A stretch of DNA of 64,000 nucleotides from Clostridiales bacterium (lineage in GTDB: Bacteria; Bacillota; Clostridia; Oscillospirales; Oscillospiraceae), in contig JAHZBA010000005.1 in assembly GCA_019423635.1 (NCBI GenBank), forward strand, positions 5,354 to 69,353, read 5' to 3'. The position numbers and the translations under genes are program-made. Numbering within the stretch: the first letter of the stretch is position 1; every line of letters starts with the position of its first letter. Below the pieces are notes generated by a model that ran no database searches, was not told where the DNA came from, and was given only the letters and a program-made list of their open reading frames with translations. Below are positions 1 to 8,790 of this stretch, piece by piece.

Positions 1-52
1 GTAAGGGTGATTGACCAACTGCTGGCGGAGAAGCAGGCTTGAGGAGAAGCAT

Positions 53-1318
53 ATGAGCAATAAGTACATCGTCAGGCAGCCCATCAAGGACCAGAACGGG
101 CGAATTCTGGGGAATGAGATCCTCTACTACGGGGAGAATCTGCCTTTCAGCAAGGACCCGGATGCCAATGAGTTTGCCGCGGCGGATACGATTTACAACT
201 TCCTGACCCACAACGGCAAAAAGGTACTGAAAGGCTCTTTGAACTTTATGACCTTCACGCCGATGCTGCTGATGAAGCGGACCCCGAAGCTCTTTGACAA
301 GTCGGAGCTGGTGATTCAGATCGACGACAGCGTAATCATTCATCCGCTGTCCATGCACTTTGTGCAGCAGTTTGCCCAGGAGGGCTACCAGATTGCCGTG
401 AATGAGTTTCAGTTCGCGCCCCGGTATCTGGCCCTGCTGGACAGCATCGACTACATCAAGATCAACGCCGGCCACACCAGAAATGATGCCATGCACAACA
501 TCATTGAGGTGGCACACGGCATGAACAAAAGCTGCATTGTCACGGGTATTGAGACGGCAGAGCAGTATCAGGCGGCCATTGACATGGAGGCAGATGCCCT
601 GGAGGGCACATACGTGGCAGAGAAGCTGACCACCAAGGCCCACAGCAGCAGCTACCTCCAGAGCAACTTCTTCCGCTTGATGGTGGCGTTGTCCCGGGAT
701 GAGCCGGACGTGGAGGAGGTTGAGCAGCTGATCTCCCTGGATGCCGGCCTGAGCTTTGCCATTTTGAAGATGGCCAACTCCGTCTATTTCGCCCTGCGGC
801 ACCGGGCCACCACCATCCACCAGGCGGTGATGACTCTGGGACTGGGACAGCTGCGGCAGTGGGTGTATCTGCTCAGCGCCAGCAGCATGGACCAGGAGAT
901 GGAGGCCGGGACGGAGGAGTTCCTGAAGCTCTCCTTCATGCGGGCGAACTTCTGCAGCGAGCTGATGAAGTATGCCCAGAACATGCCGATTTCCCGGTCT
1001 GACGCATATCTGCTGGGGATGTTCTCCACGCTGAACCATCTGATTGACGCGCCGCTGGAGGAAATCCTGGCGGAGCTCCCGGTGATGGAGGAGATCAAGG
1101 CGGCGCTGCTGCGGAAGGAAGGCCGCTGCGGCAAGCTGTATGAGCTGCTGCTGAGCTATGAGGCGGCGGACTGGAACGCCATCAATGCTCTGGCAGAGGA
1201 GCTGGGGATTCCCAGCCAGGTGCTGACCAGCGTGTACTTCATCTGCATGGAGAACGTCAATATCCTCTGGGATCAGCTGACCAAGCCCTACCAGGGGCAG
1301 GAGAGCATGAAACCGTAA
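53..1318 (+). CDS. EAL-like + HDOD domain signal transduction protein (YuxH/PdeH-like), EAL catalytic motifs degenerate
   Basis: N-terminal RQPI..GNEILY, NEF and YIKI, GIET motifs of the EAL fold; HDOD signature LKMANS..F....TIHQAV..LG and AYLLGMFSTL. ATG at 53 follows GAGGAG. Confidence 0.85.
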   Translation: MSNKYIVRQPIKDQNGRILGNEILYYGENLPFSKDPDANEFAAADTIYNFLTHNGKKVLKGSLNFMTFTPMLLMKRTPKLFDKSELVIQIDDSVIIHPLSMHFVQQFAQEGYQIAVNEFQFAPRYLALLDSIDYIKINAGHTRNDAMHNIIEVAHGMNKSCIVTGIETAEQYQAAIDMEADALEGTYVAEKLTTKAHSSSYLQSNFFRLMVALSRDEPDVEEVEQLISLDAGLSFAILKMANSVYFALRHRATTIHQAVMTLGLGQLRQWVYLLSASSMDQEMEAGTEEFLKLSFMRANFCSELMKYAQNMPISRSDAYLLGMFSTLNHLIDAPLEEILAELPVMEEIKAALLRKEGRCGKLYELLLSYEAADWNAINALAEELGIPSQVLTSVYFICMENVNILWDQLTKPYQGQESMKP

Positions 1319-1387
1319 GGTCCTGCGGATGACAGCCCCGGCGTCCCGGCGGTTGGCCGCCGGAGCGGGAGCCATGAAACGCATCGA

Positions 1388-1432
1388 AAAAGCGGTCCCG
1401 GCACAATCCGTGCCGGGACCGCTCTCTCTTTT
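1388..1432. terminator. Bidirectional intrinsic terminator between convergent genes
   Basis: agcggtcccggcac-aatcc-gtgccgggaccgct hairpin with an A-run on the left and a T/C-run on the right. Confidence 0.8.
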
Positions 1433-1438
1433 CCACGG

Positions 1439-2359
1439 TCAGAATTCCTGCTGATTGTGGCGGGGAGAGTCCATTACGATTTTGCACGCGCGCAGGAGCT
1501 GTGCGATGATCGCGGCGCTGAACCGGCCCTCGTAGACGGTGATTCTGGGGACGAACTCGCCCCGCGCCATCACCACATACTTGCTGGGCAGGCTGTTCAG
1601 GGCCAGGGCCTTGACGTCGCTGCGGCAGCGGTCGCACTGACACATGCCGAACATCTCCATATACTTTCCGGCCCGCTCCTCCACCAGGACCTCCATGACG
1701 TTGACATAGGTGATCTCGCGCTCTTGCTGCGAGTCGTCCGGCGGGGCGGATTCGGCAGTCTTCTCCGGAGCGGCCGCTTCATGGGCCGGGGCCTCCGCCG
1801 GAGCCGGGGCGTCCGGGGCAGAGGCAGCCGGCGGCGCAGAAGGCGCCGGCGGTGTCTGCTGAACCGGCGCGGGAGCCGGCGGCGTCTCCGGAACGACAGC
1901 GGCGGACGCCTGAGGAGCGGCGGGCGCCTCGGGTTCTGCACCCTCTGTGTCCAGCTCCGGCCACTGTACCGCCGGGGCAGGGGTGCTCTCCGTGCCGGCG
2001 GGCTGCACGGTGGCCAGCACCGGTGCATCCTCTCCGGATTCCGGTGCGGGCTCCTGGGTCTGCGGTGCCGCCATGACCTCCGGCGGCACGGTGGGGGCGG
2101 GAAGGGGGTCCTCCTCCAGCGCGGAGGCCAGGGCGTCCTCCAGGGCGTCCTTGATCTGGGTGGAGACGGCGGCGTCCGCCTCCATGGAGCTGAGGATCGG
2201 CGGGATCTGGGGAGCGGCCGCTGCGGGAGCGGCCGCGGGCTGGGCAGGCGCGCCCTCGGCGCCCTCGGCGGGCTCCGACGCTGCTCCGCTCCGGGTTCTG
2301 CTGAGCAGATTCATCACATGGGCGGTCTTGCTGGTGTTGGATTCCTTTGTGGATGCCAT
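1439..2359 (-). CDS. ComFB-domain protein with long Pro/Ala/Glu-rich disordered linker
   Basis: C-terminal NVME..CQCDRC..DVKALALNSLPSKY..IV..SPRH is the ComFB family pattern. The N-terminal SKTAHVMNLL peptide is followed by ~190 aa of low complexity. RBS AAGGAG. Confidence 0.85.
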   Translation of the reverse strand: MASTKESNTSKTAHVMNLLSRTRSGAASEPAEGAEGAPAQPAAAPAAAAPQIPPILSSMEADAAVSTQIKDALEDALASALEEDPLPAPTVPPEVMAAPQTQEPAPESGEDAPVLATVQPAGTESTPAPAVQWPELDTEGAEPEAPAAPQASAAVVPETPPAPAPVQQTPPAPSAPPAASAPDAPAPAEAPAHEAAAPEKTAESAPPDDSQQEREITYVNVMEVLVEERAGKYMEMFGMCQCDRCRSDVKALALNSLPSKYVVMARGEFVPRITVYEGRFSAAIIAQLLRACKIVMDSPRHNQQEF

Positions 2360-2394
2360 AGCTTGTCTCCTTTGGTTTCAAGAGAAATAAACGG

Positions 2395-3177
2395 TCAGCG
2401 GAATGTCGTTCGGGAGCGGGGGAAGGTGTCGCCTGCCACGGCGTCCACCAGCTTCCGCAGGTCCATGGCCGGCTTGCAGCCGGGCTTGTAGGCCAGAACG
2501 CTCTGGCCGTGGGCGGGAGCCACTGCCACGTCCACACCCCGGCGGATCTTGGCGGGGAAAACGTGGCTGTCCAGCTGCTGGGCCACCTCCTCTGCCAGAT
2601 CCAGGATCTCCCGGGAGAGGGTGAGGCGGGGATTGTACTTGTTCAGCACGATGCCCAGTACCTTCAGATCCGGATTGTAGGATTTGCGGACGGTATCCAC
2701 GGTATCCTGGATCTGAGAGACCCCTACAAGGCTCAGCACCTCCGCCTCCATAGGGACGATCAGCCCGGTGGAGGCCACATAGGCGTTGATGGTGAGGATG
2801 TTCAGGGACGGGGGCGTGTCGATGATGATGAAGTCGTAGCGGTCCCGGACGGCGCTGAGGTGCTGGGTCAGCATGAATTCCCGGCGGGGGGCGGTGAACT
2901 CCACCTCGGCAGTGGAGAGCATGATGTCGGAGGTAAGTACATCTCCATAAGGCGTGGAGACGATGGCCTCTTCAATGGTGTGTGCGCCGGTGAAGACATC
3001 GTAGACTGTGTAGCCTCCGCCGATATCCAGGCCCAGGGTGAACCCCAGATTGCCTTGGGGGTCCAGGTCTACGCCCAGAACCCGGGCACCTCGTTGGCTG
3101 AGACCGCACAGCAGGGCGGAGGCCACCGTGGTCTTGCCAACACCGCCCTTCTGATTCGTGACAGTGATGATCTGCAT
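2395..3177 (-). CDS. ParA/Soj-family ATPase (orphan, no parB in window)
   Basis: Deviant Walker A NQKGGVGKTT, DLDPQGN, DTPP motifs; RBS GAGGAGG. Confidence 0.92.
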   Translation of the reverse strand: MQIITVTNQKGGVGKTTVASALLCGLSQRGARVLGVDLDPQGNLGFTLGLDIGGGYTVYDVFTGAHTIEEAIVSTPYGDVLTSDIMLSTAEVEFTAPRREFMLTQHLSAVRDRYDFIIIDTPPSLNILTINAYVASTGLIVPMEAEVLSLVGVSQIQDTVDTVRKSYNPDLKVLGIVLNKYNPRLTLSREILDLAEEVAQQLDSHVFPAKIRRGVDVAVAPAHGQSVLAYKPGCKPAMDLRKLVDAVAGDTFPRSRTTFR

Positions 3178-3219
3178 GCAGGTATTTTCCTCCTCGCAAC
3201 AAAAACTGTGAGAGAACCT

Positions 3220-3248
3220 CTTATTTTCATTATACTATATGCCGATAA
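3220..3248 (+). promoter_or_regulatory. Putative sigma28 (SigD/FliA) promoter for fliD-fliS
   Basis: CTTATTTT-N13-GCCGATAA; the -10 matches the sigma28 consensus and lies upstream of fliD. Confidence 0.6.
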
Positions 3249-3349
3249 AAAAATATAGAGGAATAGCAAAAAAAATCTTCTGTTCAGCCGGGAGGCTGGG
3301 CAGCGGCCGTGTATACGCGCAGTCTGACGTATGGAAGGAGTAGATAACG

Positions 3350-5905
3350 ATGGCAGTCGGCGGAGTCAAAAGCAGCAGCAGCATTTACGGCAGCAGAAAT
3401 GTGATTACGGGTCTTGCCAGCGGCATGGATACCGAATCCATGATCGAAAATGCAATTTCCGGTTATAAAACGAAGATCAACTCCCTGAGCCAAAAGCGCA
3501 CGAAGGTGGAGTGGCAGCAGGAGGCATACCGCAGCATCGTCACGAAGATGGCGGCTTTTACCAATAAGTATGCGGACTACCGCTCTTCCACGAACCTGAT
3601 GTCCCCCAGCTTTTTCAATCAGGCGGTGACGACGGTGTCCCAGGGGGCAAACGCCGCCAAGGTCTCCGCTTCCGGCAAGACCAGCAGCAATATCCAGATC
3701 GACGCCGTGAAGCAGCTGGCCAAGGCTGCCACCTACCGGGTGAGCGGCGGCGCGCTGAACGGCAACCAGGACGTGGGCGGGAACGTCAGCGTTACGGCCG
3801 GCGGCTATTTTGACCTGGCCCAGGACCAGCCCATCAGTACTGTGTCCGGCAGCCTCAGCATCACTTACGGCGGCACCAGCGCCCGGTCCTACCTAGATGT
3901 GAACTTCGGCGAGCTGGACAACTTCGCCAACGCCCAGGAGATGGCGGACCACATCAACAAGCAGCTGGAGACTCAGAATGTGACCACCAGCAGCGGCACC
4001 AGCGTGAAGGCCACCAGTATGATCAAGGCGAAGGTGGAGGACGGCAATGTGGTCTTTGAGGACGTCTCCGGCGGCAAGAATGAGTTCTTCATCAGCAGTG
4101 CTTCCGGAGATATCGCCAAGACGCTGGACGTGAAGACCGGCTCCGGCGCCAAGAGCCTCACCGTGGGCGACACCGCCCTGACCAAGGATGTCAAGACCTC
4201 TGAGTATCTCAGCTACGCCACCATGGACATCACCCTGGACGGCGTGACCAAGAAGATCCAGATGCCCAGCATGGACGAGGTGCTCAAGAAGCTGGATGAG
4301 AAGTATCCCGACGGCAAGGACAAAGACGGGAAGGACATTCCCTATTTTGAGACGCTGAAAAAGAAGATTGCCAACGGCGAAGATCTCACCAGCGCCTCCA
4401 GCCGTCAGATTCGGGATCAGGCCTATATGGACGTGCTCCAGGACAAGATCGACGAGAAGTTCGGCACGCTGGAGGACGGCAAGAGCAAGCTGATCGTCAG
4501 CGACGCCAACGACGACGCCCACAGCGGCTATAAGGGCATCCAGCTCCAGTTCACCTCCGGGCAGAAGGGCTCCTCCTTCCTCATCGCCGGCGACAAGGCC
4601 AAGGCCATGGGTCTGGGGGACACGGGCACCGCCAGCTATCTCAGCACCAACAGGACCCTGAAGGACCTGGGAATTCTCAGCGATCTGACGCCGGAGATGA
4701 CCAAGGACGCCGACGGAAAGGACGTCCCCAAGACCGACGACAACGGCAGGCAGCTCTATGCCTTCACCCTCAACGGCGTGAAGATCGGGGAGTTCACCGA
4801 GGACACCAGTCTGAATACCATCCTCAATCAGATCAACGGCAACAAGGACGCCGGCGTCAATGTGAGCTACTCCAAGACCACCAACGAGTTCACCTTCACC
4901 GCCAAGGAGACCGGCAAGGCCGGAAAGATCGACTTCGGCGACGGTTTGGCCAAGAAGCTCTTCCAGTCCTATGACGGCAAGTTTGAGGCGGGCCAGGACG
5001 CCATCTTCAGCGCCACTGTCAACGGCTCGGAGATGAAGGAGATCACCCGGAGCTCCAACACCATAGACATGGACGGCATGACGGTGAACCTGAAGGGCAC
5101 CTTCGGCTACAATGCCGACGGTACGCGGGATACCACCGCCGAGGCGGTCACCTTCTCCTCCAGCGCCGACTCCGACAAGATTGTGGACGCCATCAAGTCC
5201 ATGGTCAACGACTACAACGAGATGGCCAAGGAGATCAAGGAGGCCTATTCCACCCTGCCGCTGCAGCGGAGCAACGGGCGCTACTATGAGCCTTTGACGG
5301 ACGAGGATATGGAGGACATGTCCGAGACCGCCATTGAGAACTGGAACAACAACGCCAAGGTGGGCATCCTCTTCGGCGACCAGGACCTGCGGAGTCTCTA
5401 CCAGCGCATGACCCAGGCCATCTCCATGACCGGTGCTGACGGCGCGGATCTGAAGGCCGCGGGCATCACTGTCAACTACTCCAACGGCCTGACCACCCTG
5501 GCCTTTGATGAGAACAAGCTGCGCTCCACCTTGGAGACCGATCCGGACAAGGTGGCGGACATCTTCACCAAGACCACGGACACCGGCTCTGCCACCAAGG
5601 GCTTCCTCCAGGCGCTGAAGGAGCCCCTGGACCTCTACGGCAAGGCCGAGGGCGTCAACCTGAGCACCGGCACCAAGGGCGTTCTGGTGAACAAGGCCGG
5701 CCATCCCCTGGCCAGCAGCACCATGTACAACAACACCATCCAGCAGCAGCTGGACAAGATCGATCAGGAGATCGAGAAGTGGCAGGACAAGATGTCCGAC
5801 CGGGTGGATTACTACACCAACAAGTTCAGTCAGCTGGAGCAGCTGATTGCACAGATGAATTCCCAGAGTTCCACGCTTTCCGGGCTGATGGGCAACATGG
5901 GTTAA
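3350..5905 (+). CDS. fliD: Flagellar filament cap protein FliD (HAP2)
   Basis: N-terminal GLASGMDTESMI..KVEWQQEAYR; C-terminal Y.NKFSQLEQLIAQMNSQSS; followed by fliS. Confidence 0.95.
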   Translation: MAVGGVKSSSSIYGSRNVITGLASGMDTESMIENAISGYKTKINSLSQKRTKVEWQQEAYRSIVTKMAAFTNKYADYRSSTNLMSPSFFNQAVTTVSQGANAAKVSASGKTSSNIQIDAVKQLAKAATYRVSGGALNGNQDVGGNVSVTAGGYFDLAQDQPISTVSGSLSITYGGTSARSYLDVNFGELDNFANAQEMADHINKQLETQNVTTSSGTSVKATSMIKAKVEDGNVVFEDVSGGKNEFFISSASGDIAKTLDVKTGSGAKSLTVGDTALTKDVKTSEYLSYATMDITLDGVTKKIQMPSMDEVLKKLDEKYPDGKDKDGKDIPYFETLKKKIANGEDLTSASSRQIRDQAYMDVLQDKIDEKFGTLEDGKSKLIVSDANDDAHSGYKGIQLQFTSGQKGSSFLIAGDKAKAMGLGDTGTASYLSTNRTLKDLGILSDLTPEMTKDADGKDVPKTDDNGRQLYAFTLNGVKIGEFTEDTSLNTILNQINGNKDAGVNVSYSKTTNEFTFTAKETGKAGKIDFGDGLAKKLFQSYDGKFEAGQDAIFSATVNGSEMKEITRSSNTIDMDGMTVNLKGTFGYNADGTRDTTAEAVTFSSSADSDKIVDAIKSMVNDYNEMAKEIKEAYSTLPLQRSNGRYYEPLTDEDMEDMSETAIENWNNNAKVGILFGDQDLRSLYQRMTQAISMTGADGADLKAAGITVNYSNGLTTLAFDENKLRSTLETDPDKVADIFTKTTDTGSATKGFLQALKEPLDLYGKAEGVNLSTGTKGVLVNKAGHPLASSTMYNNTIQQQLDKIDQEIEKWQDKMSDRVDYYTNKFSQLEQLIAQMNSQSSTLSGLMGNMG

Positions 5906-6040
5906 TCGTAAAGCGATTCCCGCCCGGCGGCAAAGAGACAGGATATGCGTACCGCACCGCGGATGGAAACGAGGCCGCGGTGCGGAGAATGAAAGGAAGA
6001 GCCGTGCCGGGCACGGGGAAGGGGCGGTGAGCAGACGGCA

Positions 6041-6418
6041 ATGGATAGCAGAGGCTACCAACAGTACAAGGAGCAGTCCATCAACACCATGACGCAGGGA
6101 GAGCTGCTGCTGTTACTGTACGACGAACTGATTAAGCGGCTGACTCAGGCCGAGCTGGCCTTGAACAAGGAAAATTATCCGATGTTTGAGGGGGCTGTGC
6201 AGCGGGCAATTGACATCATCCATTACCTGGACGATACGCTGGATAAGCAGTATCCCATCAGCGCAAACCTGACGCAGCTCTATGAGTATTTCACCTATGA
6301 GCTGGGCCGGGTGAAGATCGGACGCCGCAGTGAGCCGCTGAGCCATGTAAAATCCATGGCAGGGGAGCTGCGGGATGCCTTCCGCGAGGCGCAAAAGAAC
6401 GGAGAGTCCGGAAAGTAG
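6041..6418 (+). CDS. fliS: Flagellin chaperone FliS
   Basis: YQQYKEQSINTMTQGELLLLLYD, ISANL..LYEY, ELRDAF motifs. Confidence 0.93.
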   Translation: MDSRGYQQYKEQSINTMTQGELLLLLYDELIKRLTQAELALNKENYPMFEGAVQRAIDIIHYLDDTLDKQYPISANLTQLYEYFTYELGRVKIGRRSEPLSHVKSMAGELRDAFREAQKNGESGK

Positions 6419-6427
6419 GGAAGCGGG

Positions 6428-6814
6428 ATGACGTCATCGACACTGCTGGACGCACAGGTTCAGACCAAACGGATGTACAACGCGCTGTCAGAGACCATGG
6501 ACCTCACCCGCCAGCTGGCGGAGGCCCTGGACCGGGACGACCAGGTGGCGGTTCAGCTGCTGGTGTCCATGCGGGAAGAACCCATCAAGATTCTCCGCCA
6601 GGTCCAGCAGGCGCTGAAGCAGCAGCGGGAGGCCCTGGCGGGGGCAGATGGCCGAAGGCTTGCACAGCTCCTGGGCGGGGAGGCTCCGGAGACCCAGGAG
6701 GAGCAGCCGCTGGCCGCCCAGGTGGGCATCAACAGGCGCCTGCTGCAGCAGCTTCAGGAGCTGGATAAGAATGTGAACCGCAAGCTGACCCGGGAAAAAT
6801 CCATCTATCAGTGA
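6428..6814 (+). CDS. Small helical protein, FliT/FlgN-like chaperone by position
   Basis: 128 aa all-helical with ALDRDD.V.V.LL..R; third gene after fliD-fliS. Confidence 0.55.
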   Translation: MTSSTLLDAQVQTKRMYNALSETMDLTRQLAEALDRDDQVAVQLLVSMREEPIKILRQVQQALKQQREALAGADGRRLAQLLGGEAPETQEEQPLAAQVGINRRLLQQLQELDKNVNRKLTREKSIYQ

Positions 6815-6828
6815 ACGTATTTTTCATA

Positions 6829-6864
6829 CAAAAAAGAACATCGGCCCGGTTCGGGCCGATGTTC
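6829..6864 (-). terminator. Intrinsic terminator between convergent genes
   Basis: gaacatcggccc-ggttc-gggccgatgttc 12-bp stem with an adjacent A-run (U-tract on minus strand). Confidence 0.8.
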
Positions 6865-6882
6865 GGACGTCCGTGATGCCCA

Positions 6883-7833
6883 TCAGGTCAGCGGCTCGTC
6901 GGAGAGGACCCAGAGGGGCCCGCCGTTGGCGGTGCTGGAGGAGAGCTCGTCCAGAATCAGCTGAGGGTCCCACTCCATCAGACTGCGCTCTTTGCTGTTG
7001 GGGTCCGCCACCAGGATGGAACCGCTGAGGGTGGTGCCCCGCAGCAGGATGAAGTGGCCGCTTTTGGTGAAGTGGCCGGGGCCCATGAGGGCGACCAGCA
7101 TATGGTTGGCCAGCAGCGCGTCCTGAATGGCCTCCACGGTGAATTCCGGGATCGGCGCTGCCGTCAGGCCGAAGGCCTCTGCGGCGCCGCCGACGATGGA
7201 GAGATAGGAGCCGTTGGCCTTGGCCCAGTGGCCGTGCTTCACCGCCCATTGGGCCATCTGCGCGGGGTCGGATTCCGTCTCCGTCATGCTGGACACCGCC
7301 ATGGCCATGGCCGCCGGCCCGCAGCCGTAGCCGCTGATGGGGTCGCTGCCGTAGAGCTGGGAGGCCCAAGGCTCCTCTCCCTGGTTGAAGTAGACCACCG
7401 GGACAATGCCGCCGGTGAGAACCTCCCGGCCGTCCCGGATCTCCAGCTCTGTAATGGCCGGATCGGTGATGGTCTGGTCGCTGAGGAGCTCCGGTTCGCC
7501 GGCCTCCTGGCGTTCGGACGGGTCGTCGGAGCTCCGGGGAGCGGTCAGGCGGTCCCAGGTTTCGCCGCAGGCGTCCCCGAACTCGGAGAGCTTTTCGGCG
7601 GCGTAGCTGCCGCAGGCCGTGGCGGACTCCGCAATGGTGCGGGCGGCGGACTGCGCGGCGGTCTGTACGGTGCGGACGCCCTGACGGACCGGTTCGGTGA
7701 TTTGGATGTAGAGAGGCCGGTTGAAGAAATAAAGGGCGGTCAGTTCTGCTCCGCCAATGCACAAAAGTGCCAGCAAGGCCAGGATGCAGAGATTCCGGCC
7801 CCGTTTTCCGTTTGAATTGTTCAAAAGCCGCAT
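6883..7833 (-). CDS. Membrane-anchored C39-like (papain-fold) cysteine peptidase
   Basis: N-terminal TM LCILALLALLCIG; YFNQ..W, GCGPAAMAM (Cys), GHF (His), ADPNS (Asp). Start is ATG 7833 or TTG 7824. Confidence 0.85.
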   Translation of the reverse strand: MRLLNNSNGKRGRNLCILALLALLCIGGAELTALYFFNRPLYIQITEPVRQGVRTVQTAAQSAARTIAESATACGSYAAEKLSEFGDACGETWDRLTAPRSSDDPSERQEAGEPELLSDQTITDPAITELEIRDGREVLTGGIVPVVYFNQGEEPWASQLYGSDPISGYGCGPAAMAMAVSSMTETESDPAQMAQWAVKHGHWAKANGSYLSIVGGAAEAFGLTAAPIPEFTVEAIQDALLANHMLVALMGPGHFTKSGHFILLRGTTLSGSILVADPNSKERSLMEWDPQLILDELSSSTANGGPLWVLSDEPLT

Positions 7834-7858
7834 CTCCCTCTGCAGTGTCGCTGAGATT

Positions 7859-7886
7859 ATTATAGCAAATTTCTCCCGCATTGCAA
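7859..7886 (-). promoter_or_regulatory. Putative sigma70 promoter of the C39 peptidase gene
   Basis: TTGCAA-N16-TATAAT with extended TG on the minus strand. Confidence 0.6.
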
Positions 7887-7938
7887 GGGGGGGCCTCGGG
7901 GGAGCCGGAAGAGATCCGTATGAATAGGAGCACAGCGT

Positions 7939-8679
7939 ATGCCCACCATCAAACTGGAACATGTGTCAAAATACTATAAGATCAGCAGGCGGGAGCGGCA
8001 TAGACGGATTGGGGACAAGCGCTATGAGACCGGCGTGGAGAATGTGGATCTCACCATTGAGCAGGGAGATTTCGTGTTTCTCATCGGCAGCAGCGGCGCG
8101 GGCAAGAGCACGCTGCTGAATCTGATTTCCGGACGGCTGAAGCCGGATCGGGGAACGGTCTATCTGGGCAGCATGAATCTCTCCAAGCTGATCCGCTGGA
8201 GCCACAACCAGGCGACGGTGATGTTCGGCCGGGTATGGCAGGAGCACAGCCTGATCCGGAAGATGACGGTGGCAGAGAACCTGCTGCTGGCGGCCCGGGT
8301 GGGGAAGGGCCGCTTTGAGACGAATCTGCAGATGCAGATTCGGGTGCAGAAAGTGCTGGGACTGGTGGGCATGGCCCGGGCCGGGGCGAAGTACCCTGCG
8401 GAGCTGTCCGTGGGGGAGTGCCGCCGGGTGGAGCTTGCCCGGGCACTGGTGAACAGCCCCCCCATTCTGGTGCTGGATGAGATCACGGCCAACCTGGACG
8501 ATGACAATATCTGGGATATCTTTCATCTTCTGACAGAGATCAACCGCAAGGGCACCACGGTGATTATGGCCACCCATGCCAGCCAGTATGTGAACATCAT
8601 GCACCGCCGGGTGATTACCCTGGTGGACGGACGGGTCTTTGGAGATGTCAAAAAAGGCAGATACGGCGATGTTGTTTAG
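7939..8679 (+). CDS. FtsE-like ABC ATPase without adjacent permease
   Basis: Walker A GSSGAGKS, variant signature LSVGE, Walker B ILVLDE, ATH H-loop, FtsE-like C-terminus RRVITLVDGRV..DVKKGRY. Confidence 0.8.
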   Translation: MPTIKLEHVSKYYKISRRERHRRIGDKRYETGVENVDLTIEQGDFVFLIGSSGAGKSTLLNLISGRLKPDRGTVYLGSMNLSKLIRWSHNQATVMFGRVWQEHSLIRKMTVAENLLLAARVGKGRFETNLQMQIRVQKVLGLVGMARAGAKYPAELSVGECRRVELARALVNSPPILVLDEITANLDDDNIWDIFHLLTEINRKGTTVIMATHASQYVNIMHRRVITLVDGRVFGDVKKGRYGDVV

Positions 8680-8700
8680 GAAGAATCTGAGGATTCTCTC

Positions 8701-8729
8701 TTGACCAACAGAGCCGATTGATATAGAAT
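8701..8729 (+). promoter_or_regulatory. Putative sigma70 promoter of the MCP gene
   Basis: TTGACC-N17-TAGAAT. Confidence 0.65.
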
Positions 8730-8790
8730 GTAAAATAATGAAGAGCCTGTAATTGCGACAAATCAACAAGGGACAGAGGAGGAGAGCACC

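Noticed and set aside
2395..3177. Plasmid or prophage partition locus
   Set aside because: No parB, replication, integrase or phage genes; embedded among chromosomal flagellar genes.
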